DNA of 64,000 bases from Lachnospiraceae bacterium. GTDB taxonomy: Bacteria > Bacillota > Clostridia > Lachnospirales > Lachnospiraceae. The notes beneath the pieces were generated by a model that ran no database searches, was not told where the DNA came from, and worked only from the letters and a program-made list of their open reading frames with translations. The stretch lies in contig JAGAPO010000014.1 in the NCBI GenBank assembly GCA_017623215.1, positions 243 through 64,242 of the forward strand. Direction: 5' to 3'. A program made the position numbers and the translations under genes. Positions within the stretch are counted from its first letter, which is position 1. Each line of letters opens with the position of its first letter. Shown here piece after piece: positions 8,540-18,498 of the stretch.

Positions 8540-9043
8540 ATGGCGGCAAATATAACAGTAATCAAATTAGATCATTGGGATACGGATTATTCCAGGCCGT
8601 TCTATGAGATGCTCTGCGCCTATCTGATGGAGGATTTTGGGCTTCGGCCGGGGAAGGAGCATCTGGAGCAGCTCTATGAGAATATCCGGACCGAGCTGGA
8701 CCTCTCGCATATCTTCGTTCATCTGCTGTTGGCCTGGCAGCTGCCTGTCGGATTTTGCATTTCTTTGCTCGATACCGAAGACCGCCCCCTTTGCATCCGC
8801 CCCGGCTATGGATTCATCCGCGATTATTACATACGGCCTTCCTTCCGCCGCCAGGCGCTTGGAACCGCCTTCTTTCATCAGCTGTGCGAGTATTATCGCA
8901 GTCTTCACGCGAAAGGTATCTACCTGCTCTCCTCCCCGGACGCATTCCCGTTCTGGACCAGTCTTGGCTTTTGTTGTACAGACGCGCTGCATGGCGGCGA
9001 GAACGAGTGCTGCGTATCCCTTGATTTTAATCCATCTCTGTGA
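8540..9043 (+). CDS. GNAT family N-acetyltransferase
   Basis: 167 aa. Acetyl-CoA motif A-like segment: YIRPSFRRQALGTAFFHQLCEYY. Confidence 0.65.
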   Translation: MAANITVIKLDHWDTDYSRPFYEMLCAYLMEDFGLRPGKEHLEQLYENIRTELDLSHIFVHLLLAWQLPVGFCISLLDTEDRPLCIRPGYGFIRDYYIRPSFRRQALGTAFFHQLCEYYRSLHAKGIYLLSSPDAFPFWTSLGFCCTDALHGGENECCVSLDFNPSL

Positions 9044-9100
9044 TTTTCTTATTTTTTTGAAAATTTTGTTAAAACAGGGCGAATTCTGTCCTTTAATTGA

Positions 9101-9129
9101 TTGACAAGTTTTTCCGGGCGTGCTATATT
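9101..9129 (+). promoter_or_regulatory. Putative sigma-A promoter of pgsA
   Basis: TTGACA (9101-9106), 17 nt spacer, TATATT (9124-9129). Confidence 0.5.
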
Positions 9130-9185
9130 GAATGGAAGATCGATGAAATGCCGTATTTTCGGCATAAGAGAAAGGCTGGCACTTT

Positions 9186-9776
9186 ATGAAATTTATTGAA
9201 ATTAAGAAAAAAGATTTGCTGACAATTCCCAATATTCTATGTTATTTCCGGCTGATTCTGATTCCGGTGTTTGTTGTGCTGTATCTAAGAGCGGACTCTC
9301 CTGCAGATTATTATCTGGCCGCCGCGGCGGCGCTGATTGCATCGCTGACTGACCTGTTCGACGGCAAGATCGCCCGCAAGTACAATCAGATCACGGAGTT
9401 CGGCAAATTCATCGACCCCCTGGCGGATAAGCTGATGCAGGGTGCAATGCTTCTGGTTCTCCTGATTCGGGTCAAGTGGATGTGGCTTCTTGTCACGTTC
9501 TTTGTTGTGAAGGAAGGCTTCATGGGCATTGCCGGATTTCTGATGCTTCAGAAAGGGAAGAAGCTGGATGGCGCCAAGTATATCGGAAAGGTCTGCACGA
9601 CGGTTCTTTACTCGGTTATGTTCATTCTGATATGCTTCCCGAGCCTGATTACGAATTATACGGCTGTTGTGAATGGTATGTTGCTGTTATGCGCAATCTT
9701 CATGATGCTGTCATTCGTATCCTATGTTATGACATATATTCACATGTATAAGGAATTCAAAGAAGAACACAAATAG
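9186..9776 (+). CDS. pgsA: CDP-diacylglycerol--glycerol-3-phosphate 3-phosphatidyltransferase
   Basis: CDP-alcohol phosphatidyltransferase motif DLFDGKIARKYNQITEFGKFIDPLADK (DX2DGX2ARX8GX3DX3D). Membrane protein of about 196 aa. Confidence 0.85.
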   Translation: MKFIEIKKKDLLTIPNILCYFRLILIPVFVVLYLRADSPADYYLAAAAALIASLTDLFDGKIARKYNQITEFGKFIDPLADKLMQGAMLLVLLIRVKWMWLLVTFFVVKEGFMGIAGFLMLQKGKKLDGAKYIGKVCTTVLYSVMFILICFPSLITNYTAVVNGMLLLCAIFMMLSFVSYVMTYIHMYKEFKEEHK

Positions 9777-9943
9777 AGATACCACGGAGGGCTGCTGTGA
9801 CTTGCATGGCGTCCTCTTTCTTTTCCAAAGAATCTTTATGAAAGAATCGGAACAAAACGGCTCTTTGGGGCGGTACATATTTCCTGTAAGGCTCGCGCCT
9901 ATCTTACGTTCGATTCCCTTTTGCTGACAGAATGGAGGTTATT

Positions 9944-11299
9944 ATGGCTCAGAATATCAACCGGCGAGGTCCCGGCAGGTTCCTCGCCCTCTTCTTTCTC
10001 GTATTATCATTTGTTATTGTAATCGGAATCCCCGTGATTTTACTGACCGGAAAACTGCGCGGACAGCGGACGGACGAGGCGGCCGGGCAGACGGAATTCG
10101 CGGATGCTTCGACGTCCTTGCCCTCCGGAGAGAGCTCCGGGACTTCGACAGAACCCTCCGGCGATTCCGACGCGGATTCTGCAGCACCAGCCTCCGGCAA
10201 TTCCACGGAACCCGTCCCGGACAGTCCCACAGAACCAATTTCCAATCCCCAGCCGTCTCCGACGCCGGAACCGTCCGAATCCGACACTGCGCTTGCCCGT
10301 GCCGCGGCAATTCTTGAGACAATGACTCCGGAAGAAAAAGTGGCTCAGATGTTCTTCGTGCGCTGTCCTTCCGAGGATGCCGCCAATCTGGCCGCCGAAT
10401 ACCAGCCCGGCGGATATATTCTGTTCGGAAATGATTTTAAAGACGGGACACCGGAATCCGTAACCGCGGTGATTCAAAGCTATCAGGACGCGGTGAAGAT
10501 TCCGCTGTTAATCGGAGTCGATGAAGAGGGCGGTACCGTGAATCGCGTAAGCCGCTATTCTGCCTTTCGCAAATCCCCTTTTCTGTCCCCGAGAGCTCTG
10601 TATTCCGAGGGTGGCTTTGACCTGATTAAAAGCGATACGATCGAAAAATGTACGCTGTTAAAGAGCCTCGGAATTAATGTAAACCTCGCTCCTGTGTGCG
10701 ACTTAAGTGGGGATTCGGAGGATTTCATGTATCAGCGCGCGTTCAGCGGCGATCCGGATGAGGTATCCGAATATGTAACGCTTGTGGTTTCCACGATGAA
10801 CGAGCAGGGAATGGGCTGCACGCTCAAGCATTTCCCCGGATACGGCAATAACGTGGATACGCACACTGGAATTGCGCTTGATGAACGGCCGCTTTCCCAG
10901 TTCTATGAGGAGGATCTGGTTCCGTTCCTCGCAGGAATTCAGGCGGGGGCCGGAAGTATTCTGGTCTCACATAATATCGTAACCTGTCTCGACGATTCCC
11001 GCCCCGCCTCGCTTTCACCGGCGGTTCATGAGCTTTTGCGCGAAAAGCTTGGATACACCGGCGTTATTATGACGGATGACCTGATTATGGACGCGATCAC
11101 ACAGTACACCGACGGCAGCGCCGCTGCGGTTCTCGCGGTTCAGGCCGGCAATGATCTGTTGATCTGCAGTGACCTGACCACGCAGCTGCCCGCGGTGATT
11201 GAGGCCGTTCGCGAGGGAATCCTCTCCATAGAACGGATCGAAGAGTCGGTGATTCGCATCCTGCTGTGGAAGATGGAGCTTGGGCTGCTGCCGCGTTAG
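9944..11299 (+). CDS. Membrane-anchored GH3 beta-N-acetylhexosaminidase (NagZ/YbbD-like)
   Basis: N-terminal TM helix (FLALFFLVLSFVIVIGIPVILL), then a Ser/Pro/Thr/Glu-rich linker of about 90 aa. GH3 motifs GVDEEGGTVNRV and KHFPGYGN. Start set at ATG 9944; the upstream ATG lies inside the GGAGG RBS. Confidence 0.85.
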   Translation: MAQNINRRGPGRFLALFFLVLSFVIVIGIPVILLTGKLRGQRTDEAAGQTEFADASTSLPSGESSGTSTEPSGDSDADSAAPASGNSTEPVPDSPTEPISNPQPSPTPEPSESDTALARAAAILETMTPEEKVAQMFFVRCPSEDAANLAAEYQPGGYILFGNDFKDGTPESVTAVIQSYQDAVKIPLLIGVDEEGGTVNRVSRYSAFRKSPFLSPRALYSEGGFDLIKSDTIEKCTLLKSLGINVNLAPVCDLSGDSEDFMYQRAFSGDPDEVSEYVTLVVSTMNEQGMGCTLKHFPGYGNNVDTHTGIALDERPLSQFYEEDLVPFLAGIQAGAGSILVSHNIVTCLDDSRPASLSPAVHELLREKLGYTGVIMTDDLIMDAITQYTDGSAAAVLAVQAGNDLLICSDLTTQLPAVIEAVREGILSIERIEESVIRILLWKMELGLLPR

Positions 11300-11364
11300 A
11301 CGGGCGCATACAAAGAATCCCCCTCAATGACCCTATCGAAAAAGTCATTGCCATCAGTCCGAAT

Positions 11365-13368
11365 CTATCTTTTCGTTGGCCTGCCGCCTTCGGGGAACGG
11401 CGGCCTTCTCCTCGGAGCACCGGCTCCCTCCCGCTCCTCTTCTCTTTCTTCCATGTCTCCATTGGGAGCTTCTTTCTTCGACTGATATCTTGCCGCCTGC
11501 GTCGAGAACAGCTTATAATACTTCCCGCGCAGTTCCATCAGCTCTTCGTGCGTTCCCATTTCCGCAACACAGCCGTTCTCCAGAACGACCACGGTATTCG
11601 CGATCGTCGCGCTGGAAAGCCGGTGCGATACAAAGACGCTGGTCTTCCCCTCGCGAAGCCTGTCGAACTGCATATATATCTCCTGCTCGGCTATCGCATC
11701 CAGAGAAGCGGTCGGCTCATCCAGAATCAGGATATCCGTGTCGGAATAAAATGCTCTTGCAACGGACAGCTTCTGCCACTGTCCCACCGACAGCTCGGTT
11801 CCGTCCTTTTCAAAATATCTTGTAAGCGGCGTATCATATCTCTGCGGCATCTTCTCGATGAATTGATCGGCTCCCGCATTCTTCGCCGCCTCTTCCACGT
11901 CGCCCTGCTGCTTTTCTCTGGATATGCAGCCAAAGGCAATATTATCTCCCGCGCTTTCCGCGTATTTTCCGAAATCCTGGAATATAATTCCGTACAGCTT
12001 ATAAAGCGCCTTCGTATCGTATTCCCGAATATCCCTTCCGTCGAACAGGATTACGCCGTCCGTCGGATCGTAAAGTCTTGTAATCAGCTTAATCAGAGTC
12101 GTCTTACCCGCCCCGTTCAATCCGACAAGCGCCACGGTGCTGCCCGCACGGATGGTAAGGTTCATATTATGTATGACATCGCGATCCGCTCCGGGATACC
12201 GGAAGGATACATTTCGAAGCTCGATCGTATGCCCGCAGTGCGTCTGCGGAAGGGCCGGAGGTTCCAGAATCGGCTTGATGTGCTGCTTTTCGTTCATAAA
12301 CAGAATCATATTATCAATAAAGAGCGAGCCTTCATATATGCTTGCCGTAACGCTGATAATCGCCGCCAGCGCAGAGGATATCGAGTTCAGCGCTCCGGTA
12401 TAGACCGAATAATCGGAGATTTGAGTGACATTGGTTGCAATCAGGTAGAACAGAACGCCGTTCATGACTGCCGTTGCGAGAGAGAGCAGAAGATTCCAGG
12501 CACCTTCCTGCCAGATCAGCGTCTTAATTCCCTTGAAATACCCGCGGAACACGTCGTTGTATTTTCCAATCAGAAGATCGGACAGGTCAAACAGCCGAAT
12601 CTCCTTTACCATATCCTTATTCACGAGCAGGTCACTGTAATAGTTCATCTTCCGGCGTTCTTTGGAACGGCGGAACATATAATTGAAGTTCTTCCTGCGG
12701 AAATGGAAGGACACCGCCGCGCTTGCAATCGTAAGTCCGAGGAACGCAAGGAAGAATACGATGCTGGATGCCGGCAGCGTGCGCAGGATGACCATGAGCA
12801 CCGCGATGTAGCTTATCATGGAGATTACCTTGGATACCAGTTCAAAGGAAGAACGCAGAATATTGACCGGCCGCATTCCCGCCTCGCGGTTCGCATTCTC
12901 CAGGCGCTCGTAAAAATCCGGCATATCAAAGGACGCCAGATCCACGGTCTTGGCCTTATTCATAATCTTTACTTTTACATGGTTGGTGACTGCCTCGCCG
13001 GTAATCTGGGTTACCATATTGGAAAGGCTGGTCGTCAGCGTGTTCAGGAACAGATAGCCGAACTGAAAGACTAACGGCATTACAAGATTGACCTCTTCCG
13101 TGAAGCTTTTCACAACGCACTCCAGAAGATGTGCGGTAATCAGCGTTCCCACAAGCGGCATAATACCGTTGTAGATCGTCATGAACAGCATGAACAGCAG
13201 CAGGAACGGCTGTGTCTCCCATACAAGCTTAAAGATGTAGAGCAGGCGATAACAGGTGCCTCCTACCGTTTTTTTGAGGTACTGCGGCACCTCACGGAGA
13301 TTCTTTGGTTTCGGTACTTTTAAGCGTTCATTTGCCTCTGAGGGCGGCGGTCCATATCTGGTTCCCAT
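11365..13368 (-). CDS. ABC exporter, fused permease/ATPase
   Basis: Walker A GLNGAGKTT, signature LSVGQWQK, Walker B ILILDEPTASLD. GGAGGA RBS upstream of ATG 13368. Confidence 0.9.
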   Translation of the reverse strand: MGTRYGPPPSEANERLKVPKPKNLREVPQYLKKTVGGTCYRLLYIFKLVWETQPFLLLFMLFMTIYNGIMPLVGTLITAHLLECVVKSFTEEVNLVMPLVFQFGYLFLNTLTTSLSNMVTQITGEAVTNHVKVKIMNKAKTVDLASFDMPDFYERLENANREAGMRPVNILRSSFELVSKVISMISYIAVLMVILRTLPASSIVFFLAFLGLTIASAAVSFHFRRKNFNYMFRRSKERRKMNYYSDLLVNKDMVKEIRLFDLSDLLIGKYNDVFRGYFKGIKTLIWQEGAWNLLLSLATAVMNGVLFYLIATNVTQISDYSVYTGALNSISSALAAIISVTASIYEGSLFIDNMILFMNEKQHIKPILEPPALPQTHCGHTIELRNVSFRYPGADRDVIHNMNLTIRAGSTVALVGLNGAGKTTLIKLITRLYDPTDGVILFDGRDIREYDTKALYKLYGIIFQDFGKYAESAGDNIAFGCISREKQQGDVEEAAKNAGADQFIEKMPQRYDTPLTRYFEKDGTELSVGQWQKLSVARAFYSDTDILILDEPTASLDAIAEQEIYMQFDRLREGKTSVFVSHRLSSATIANTVVVLENGCVAEMGTHEELMELRGKYYKLFSTQAARYQSKKEAPNGDMEEREEEREGAGAPRRRPPFPEGGRPTKR

Positions 13369-13394
13369 AATTAAATTCCTCCTGTTCTTCTTCG

Positions 13395-14843
13395 TTATCT
13401 TCTTCCATAGAATCGTCTTACATCCGGAATCGTAATCGTGAACTCCGTTCCCTTCGTATACTGCGACCGCACCTTAATTCTTCCGGTGTGTCCCAGGATA
13501 ATCAGCTTCGCAATCGACAGACCAAGTCCATGCCCGCTGATATTCCGATCTCTGACCTCATCCGAGCGGTAAAAACGATTAAATATATTGTCAACATCCT
13601 TCCTCGTCATTCCGATTCCGGTGTCTACAACCTTTACAACACAGTCGCCGTCATCATTGGCGCAGGAGATACGAATCGTATCTCCGTCCTGCGTGTATTT
13701 GCACGCGTTGTCAATAAAGACGCGGACCGCCTGCTTTAACGACTGCTTATCCCCGTATACGATCACATCCTCCAGGCAGGGACATTCAATATTGCGGTTT
13801 GCTGCAACCAGCCTGGTCTCTTTCACTATCTCTTCCACAACCGGGCGCATATTGAAGCGTTTCTTCTCCAGCTTCAGCGTCTTTTTATCATGCCTTGATA
13901 AGAACAGCAGCTTCTCCACCAGTTCCTGCATGGACGCTGCCTCATTCCGGAGCGCTTCGATGGACTCCTGCAGGATCTCCGGGTCTTTTGCTCCCCATCG
14001 CGCCAGCATATTCGTATAGCCCTGAATCACGGCAATCGGGGTTCGAAGCTCATGCGAAGCGTCGGATACGAACTGCTTCTGGCTCTCATACGAGAGTTCA
14101 AGGCGATCCAACATCTGGTTAATGACCCCTGCCAGATCCTTCAGCTCGTTGTTCGTTCCCTCCACGTTAATCCGCTCGCTTCCGAGACTGTTCACTGTCA
14201 GCCGATTCGCCATATCGGTCATATCTTTAATCGGCTCCAGCAGCTTCTCGTTATCGACCTTTCCCTCATACAGAATGAAAAATGCCAGCGCCGCGTAGGC
14301 CAGTGCCATGATAAGAATAACATCGAACATCTTACTGCAGTTGCGCGTCATATTGAACTGAAAGTCCGCAGTCAGCTCCTCGCCCTTCCGCTCAAAAAGG
14401 ATGGACTTTGTTACCGTCATCCGATGCAGGTCTTCCCCGTGTTCGTAATAGATCGACTGCAGGACTCCTTTCTTCCCGGACAGATCCCAGTCCAGATCAT
14501 TATATACCTCTTCTCCGGAAGCCGTATTCCAGATCCGCACGGTCACTCCCTCATCTGAGAACGGATTGTCCGACGCTTCCAGCGTCCCCTCCTTTTTCTG
14601 CATGATCTTAATGACATCCTCTGCAAATCGTTCATAATCATGATACTCCGCGTTCAGATACAATCCCGCAAATAATACGAAAAATACAATTCCATTTACA
14701 AAAAGCAATTTCATATAATTCAGAGAGATTCGATAGTTCATGGACAATCGGATCTTACTTTTGATTTCTTCTCGCTTTCTCCGAAATGGTACCACCGTCT
14801 TTTGCAGAATTCTTCGGAGACAGTCCAGCATTCTATCCTTCAT
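13395..14843 (-). CDS. Sensor histidine kinase (HisKA/HATPase_c, two TM segments)
   Basis: H-box SHELRTPIAVIQGY, N-box DNACKYT, G-boxes VVDTGIGM and GHGLGLSIAK. Start chosen at ATG 14843 (MKDRML), which overlaps the regulator stop by 11 nt. Confidence 0.85.
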   Translation of the reverse strand: MKDRMLDCLRRILQKTVVPFRRKREEIKSKIRLSMNYRISLNYMKLLFVNGIVFFVLFAGLYLNAEYHDYERFAEDVIKIMQKKEGTLEASDNPFSDEGVTVRIWNTASGEEVYNDLDWDLSGKKGVLQSIYYEHGEDLHRMTVTKSILFERKGEELTADFQFNMTRNCSKMFDVILIMALAYAALAFFILYEGKVDNEKLLEPIKDMTDMANRLTVNSLGSERINVEGTNNELKDLAGVINQMLDRLELSYESQKQFVSDASHELRTPIAVIQGYTNMLARWGAKDPEILQESIEALRNEAASMQELVEKLLFLSRHDKKTLKLEKKRFNMRPVVEEIVKETRLVAANRNIECPCLEDVIVYGDKQSLKQAVRVFIDNACKYTQDGDTIRISCANDDGDCVVKVVDTGIGMTRKDVDNIFNRFYRSDEVRDRNISGHGLGLSIAKLIILGHTGRIKVRSQYTKGTEFTITIPDVRRFYGRR

Positions 14844-15522
14844 CCTTGATAATATACCCCACTCCGCGCACGGTGCTGATAATATGAACACCGAACCGGT
14901 CATCAATCTTCTGCCTCAGGTATCGAATATATACATCTACCACATTGGTGTCTCCAAAATAATTGTAATCCCACACATTATTCAGCAGCTGCTCTCTCGT
15001 CAGCGCAATATTCTTATTGCGAAGCAGATATTCCAGCAGCTCATATTCCTTTTTCGTCAGCGTCAGCTCGGTTCCGCCGTAGTGTACGCTGTGACTGGCA
15101 ACATTCAGCTCCAGTTCTCCATGCTTTAAGATATTATCTCGTCCTGCTCCGGGCTTCATCTTTGCATGACGGTTCAGCGCAACACGGATTCTGGCAAGCA
15201 GTTCCTCGATCGCAAACGGCTTCGTCATATAGTCGTCCGCCCCCATATCAAGTCCTGCGACCTTATCCGTTACGTCATCCTTGGCCGTCAGCATAATAAT
15301 CGGCACCTGCGACTCCTGGCGCACCCTGCGGCATACCTCGATACCGGACAGCCCCGGCAGCATAATGTCTAAAAGCACCAGATCCACATCCTTCTTCAGC
15401 GCCATCTCAAGACCCTTGCGCCCGTCGTGCGCGATCTCAACCTCGTAGCCCTCGTACTTTAATTCCAGCTCTACAAATCTTGCAATCTTTGCTTCGTCTT
15501 CTACAATCAGTATCTTTGCCAT
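14833..15522 (-). CDS. OmpR-family response regulator
   Basis: Receiver domain (MAKILIVEDE, DLVLLDIMLPGLSG) plus a winged-helix C-terminus (LTKKEYELLEYLL, VDVYIRYLRQKID). Confidence 0.9.
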   Translation of the reverse strand: MAKILIVEDEAKIARFVELELKYEGYEVEIAHDGRKGLEMALKKDVDLVLLDIMLPGLSGIEVCRRVRQESQVPIIMLTAKDDVTDKVAGLDMGADDYMTKPFAIEELLARIRVALNRHAKMKPGAGRDNILKHGELELNVASHSVHYGGTELTLTKKEYELLEYLLRNKNIALTREQLLNNVWDYNYFGDTNVVDVYIRYLRQKIDDRFGVHIISTVRGVGYIIKDEG

Positions 15523-15665
15523 GTTCCAGTCCTCTCACTTCCTTTGTCCGAGCCGCCGCTCCGCTCATCCCCTCCGCGGCTGCCGGATATGCCTGTGTCG
15601 TCCTTTTCTATTTTAGCTGTTTGCCGCGCATTTTTCAATATGAAGAGTGTTATAATCTCATTAAA

Positions 15666-15725
15666 AAGGATGTCTTTATTGCAGGCGGGAGCATGGAAGC
15701 TCCCGCCTGCAATAAAGACATCCTT
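15666..15725 (-). terminator. Intrinsic terminator of the LacI gene (27-bp perfect stem)
   Basis: aaggatgtctttattgcaggcgggagc / gctcccgcctgcaataaagacatcctt with a 6-nt loop. On the minus strand it is followed by TTTTTAATG. Confidence 0.75.
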
Positions 15726-15778
15726 ATGATTTCATATTCCGTTCTTCTTACGATAGAATTCGATTCGAATTGTATCAC

Positions 15779-16807
15779 TCAGTCATTCGAATACCGATTG
15801 ATATTCTTCACACTTTGTCGGTTGATCAACGATACCGCAAGCTCCATCTTCACACATTCCGTCTCGCCCTTGCGAATCAGGGCAATCAGACGTTCCACCG
15901 CCATTGCTCCCAGCTTCTGCTTCGGTACATTCATCGTCGTAAGCGGCGGATCCAAAACCTCACAGAACGGCATGTCATCAAAGCCGATCATCGAAATATC
16001 TTCCGGTATCTTATATCCTGCTTCCTTCAGTGCCCGGAGCGCTCCTGCCGAGATCAGATCATTATCCGCAAAATACGCGGTCGGGAGCGTCGGATTCCCT
16101 GCAAGATACTGCTTCATATCCTCGTACGCGCCATCCGCCGTCGGCCTTAGGTAGACAACATACGGGTGCCCTGTCGGAATCTCCTCACTCCGCAGTGCCT
16201 TATAATATCCATCCGCGCGCTCTCCGAAATTACCAATCTTCGTTGCGGACCGCAGATACCCGATTCGCCTGTGCCCGTTCTCAATTAAATAGCGCACTGC
16301 AAGATAGGCTCCCTGCACGTTGTTAATCATAACCGTGTTGCAGGAAATATCCTCAAAATAGCTGTCAAGCACCACATACGGTACCGGGAGATCCTGAAAG
16401 CTCCGGCAGTCCTTTGCTTCCATCTCCGTACCAAGCAGGATCACGCCGATGCAGTCGCCGGATTCGATCTCTTTTCTCTGCGCTGCGGTATCCGCACCCT
16501 CATAAAAATATGTAACCTGAAGATTTAACTGATTCTGCCTGCACATCGTCTGGATTCCTTCCGTCACCTGCGCAAAAAACGGAGTGTCAGATGCAACGTG
16601 TCCATGCTTCTTATAAATCACAAATTTAACCGTCCCCGCATGCTCTGCTTCCTGCTTCCTGGTGAAATCATACCCCAGCTCCCTCGCTGTTTCAAACACC
16701 CGCTGTCTGGTCATCTCACTGATTCCGGGTTTATTGTTCAATGCCATCGAAACTGCCGCTGCTGAAATATTCAAATGTTTTGCAATCTCTTTCGCCGAAA
16801 CCGCCAT
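15779..16807 (-). CDS. LacI family transcriptional regulator
   Basis: N-terminal HTH AKEIAKHLNISAAAVSMALNNKPGIS plus a periplasmic-binding-protein-like sugar-binding core. Confidence 0.9.
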   Translation of the reverse strand: MAVSAKEIAKHLNISAAAVSMALNNKPGISEMTRQRVFETARELGYDFTRKQEAEHAGTVKFVIYKKHGHVASDTPFFAQVTEGIQTMCRQNQLNLQVTYFYEGADTAAQRKEIESGDCIGVILLGTEMEAKDCRSFQDLPVPYVVLDSYFEDISCNTVMINNVQGAYLAVRYLIENGHRRIGYLRSATKIGNFGERADGYYKALRSEEIPTGHPYVVYLRPTADGAYEDMKQYLAGNPTLPTAYFADNDLISAGALRALKEAGYKIPEDISMIGFDDMPFCEVLDPPLTTMNVPKQKLGAMAVERLIALIRKGETECVKMELAVSLINRQSVKNINRYSND

Positions 16808-16910
16808 ATAGTCACCTCTTTTTAAGTTAAGTAAATTCTAAATTCTGTTTTGTACCGGCACACACATGTCTTTGTATCTGTACCCCTGATTTCCAAAAAA
16901 ACTATTACAT

Positions 16911-16922
16911 TGTAAGCTTACA
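16911..16922. promoter_or_regulatory. Candidate LacI-type operator (perfect palindrome TGTAAGCTTACA)
   Basis: 12-bp perfect palindrome in the divergent LacI / isomerase intergenic region. The half-sites resemble LacI/CcpA-type TGTAAxxxxTTACA operators. Confidence 0.45.
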
Positions 16923-17082
16923 CGAAAAATCGCATTTCGTCAATTAAATCTTTACTGAAAATCGCACAAAATAATTCGAAAATTCTTATTGACTTTATTG
17001 AACCATTAAGTTATTATTAAGTTAAGTTCAGTTTTATTAAAATACGAAATTTATATTCAATACATGAAAGGATGGGGTACCT

Positions 17083-18480
17083 ATGGGAAACATTAAGATT
17101 GGCTTTGCACCGACCAGAAGAAGTATTTTCTCCGCACCGGACGCGGTTAAATTCGCGAATTTAACGAGAGACCGGCTGAAGGAACTCGGCGTGGATTTTG
17201 CCGACATCACGGAGTTCAACGAAGAAGGGCTCCTTTATAATGATAATGATGTCGAAATGATTGCCGCGAAGTTCAAAGCGGAGGGCGTTAAAGGTCTGTT
17301 TCTCGCCCACTGTAACTTCGGAACGGAGTATGTATGCTGCCGTCTTGCAAAGCTTCTGAACGTCCCCGTCCTTCTCTGGGGGCCCAGGGACGAACGGCCT
17401 GATGAGAATGGAATTCGTCTGCGTGACAGCCAGTGCGGCCTGTTCGCAACCGGCAAGATTTTAAGACGTATGCGCGTACCATTTACTTATATGACCAACT
17501 GCAGACTCGGCGATCCGGAATTCGAGCGCGGTATCCGCCTGTTCGAAGCTGTCTGCAGCGTGGTAGACACGTTCCGCCACATCCGAATTCTTCAGATTGC
17601 ACCGAGACCGTATGACTTTATGACTACGATGTGCAATGAAGGGGAACTGCTGGAACGATTCCATATCTCTCTCGCTCCGATTCCCATGACCGAGCTGACG
17701 GAGGCTGTAAAGGCGGCCAAAGGCTCCGAGGAAGCCCTTGCAACGATCGCTTACTGCAGGGAGAACATGAATGTCTGCGTGAAGGAAAATGAGCTTGAGA
17801 AGATTGCGCAGTTAAAGACCGCGATGAAATCTCTTGCAAAGAAATACCGCTGCAATGCGATTGCGATTCAGTGCTGGAACGCGCTGCAGAGCGAGCTCGG
17901 CATTATGCCCTGCGCGGCGAACTCCCTGCTGAATGACGAGGGAATTCCGGTTGTCTGCGAGACCGATATTCACGGCGCAATTACCGCTCTTTTGGTGGAA
18001 GCTGCGGCACTCGACGGAACCAGAAGCTTCTTCGCCGACTGGACGGTTCGCCATCCTGACAACGAGAACGGAGAGCTTTTACAGCACTGCGGTCCCTGGC
18101 CGGCATCCGTTGCAAGAGAGAAGGTCTCCATCGGATATCCTCTTGCTTTCTCGCATCCGGGCGCTATGGAGGCGGAGGCAAAGCACGGTGATATTACGCT
18201 CTGCCGCTTCGACGGAGACAACGGCGAATACTCCCTCCTGCTCGGCAGCGCCAAGGGGATTGACGGACCTTATACCAAGGGCACTTATCTGTGGGTAGAG
18301 GTTGCGAACCTGAAGAGACTGGAAGAAAAGGTGGTATGCGGGCCTTACATTCACCACTGCGTCGGTATTCACAAGAACGTTGTTCCGGTGTTATATGAGG
18401 CTTGTAAGTACATAGGAATTACTCCGGACCTTTATGATCCGATTGAAGAAGAGGTAAAAGCCTACATCAGAGGAGAATAA
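17083..18480 (+). CDS. L-fucose/L-arabinose isomerase family protein (substrate unknown)
   Basis: 465 aa. By eye it resembles fucose-isomerase-like proteins commonly found next to split transketolases (MGNIKIGFAPTRRSIFS..., HHCVGIH). Family call only. Confidence 0.6.
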   Translation: MGNIKIGFAPTRRSIFSAPDAVKFANLTRDRLKELGVDFADITEFNEEGLLYNDNDVEMIAAKFKAEGVKGLFLAHCNFGTEYVCCRLAKLLNVPVLLWGPRDERPDENGIRLRDSQCGLFATGKILRRMRVPFTYMTNCRLGDPEFERGIRLFEAVCSVVDTFRHIRILQIAPRPYDFMTTMCNEGELLERFHISLAPIPMTELTEAVKAAKGSEEALATIAYCRENMNVCVKENELEKIAQLKTAMKSLAKKYRCNAIAIQCWNALQSELGIMPCAANSLLNDEGIPVVCETDIHGAITALLVEAAALDGTRSFFADWTVRHPDNENGELLQHCGPWPASVAREKVSIGYPLAFSHPGAMEAEAKHGDITLCRFDGDNGEYSLLLGSAKGIDGPYTKGTYLWVEVANLKRLEEKVVCGPYIHHCVGIHKNVVPVLYEACKYIGITPDLYDPIEEEVKAYIRGE

Positions 18481-18498
18481 AAGCAGGGAGGGTTATGA

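Noticed and set aside
9949-10477. Several overlapping minus-strand ORFs (112, 102 and 145 aa) and a 73-aa + ORF
   Set aside because: They fall in the Ser/Pro/Thr/Glu-rich linker of the membrane-anchored GH3 protein. The repetitive composition keeps all frames open.
11266-13074. 602-aa + strand ORF
   Set aside because: It is fully antisense to the ABC exporter gene (11365..13368), which has all the Walker and signature motifs. The + frame product is Arg/Ile/Leu-rich nonsense with no motifs.
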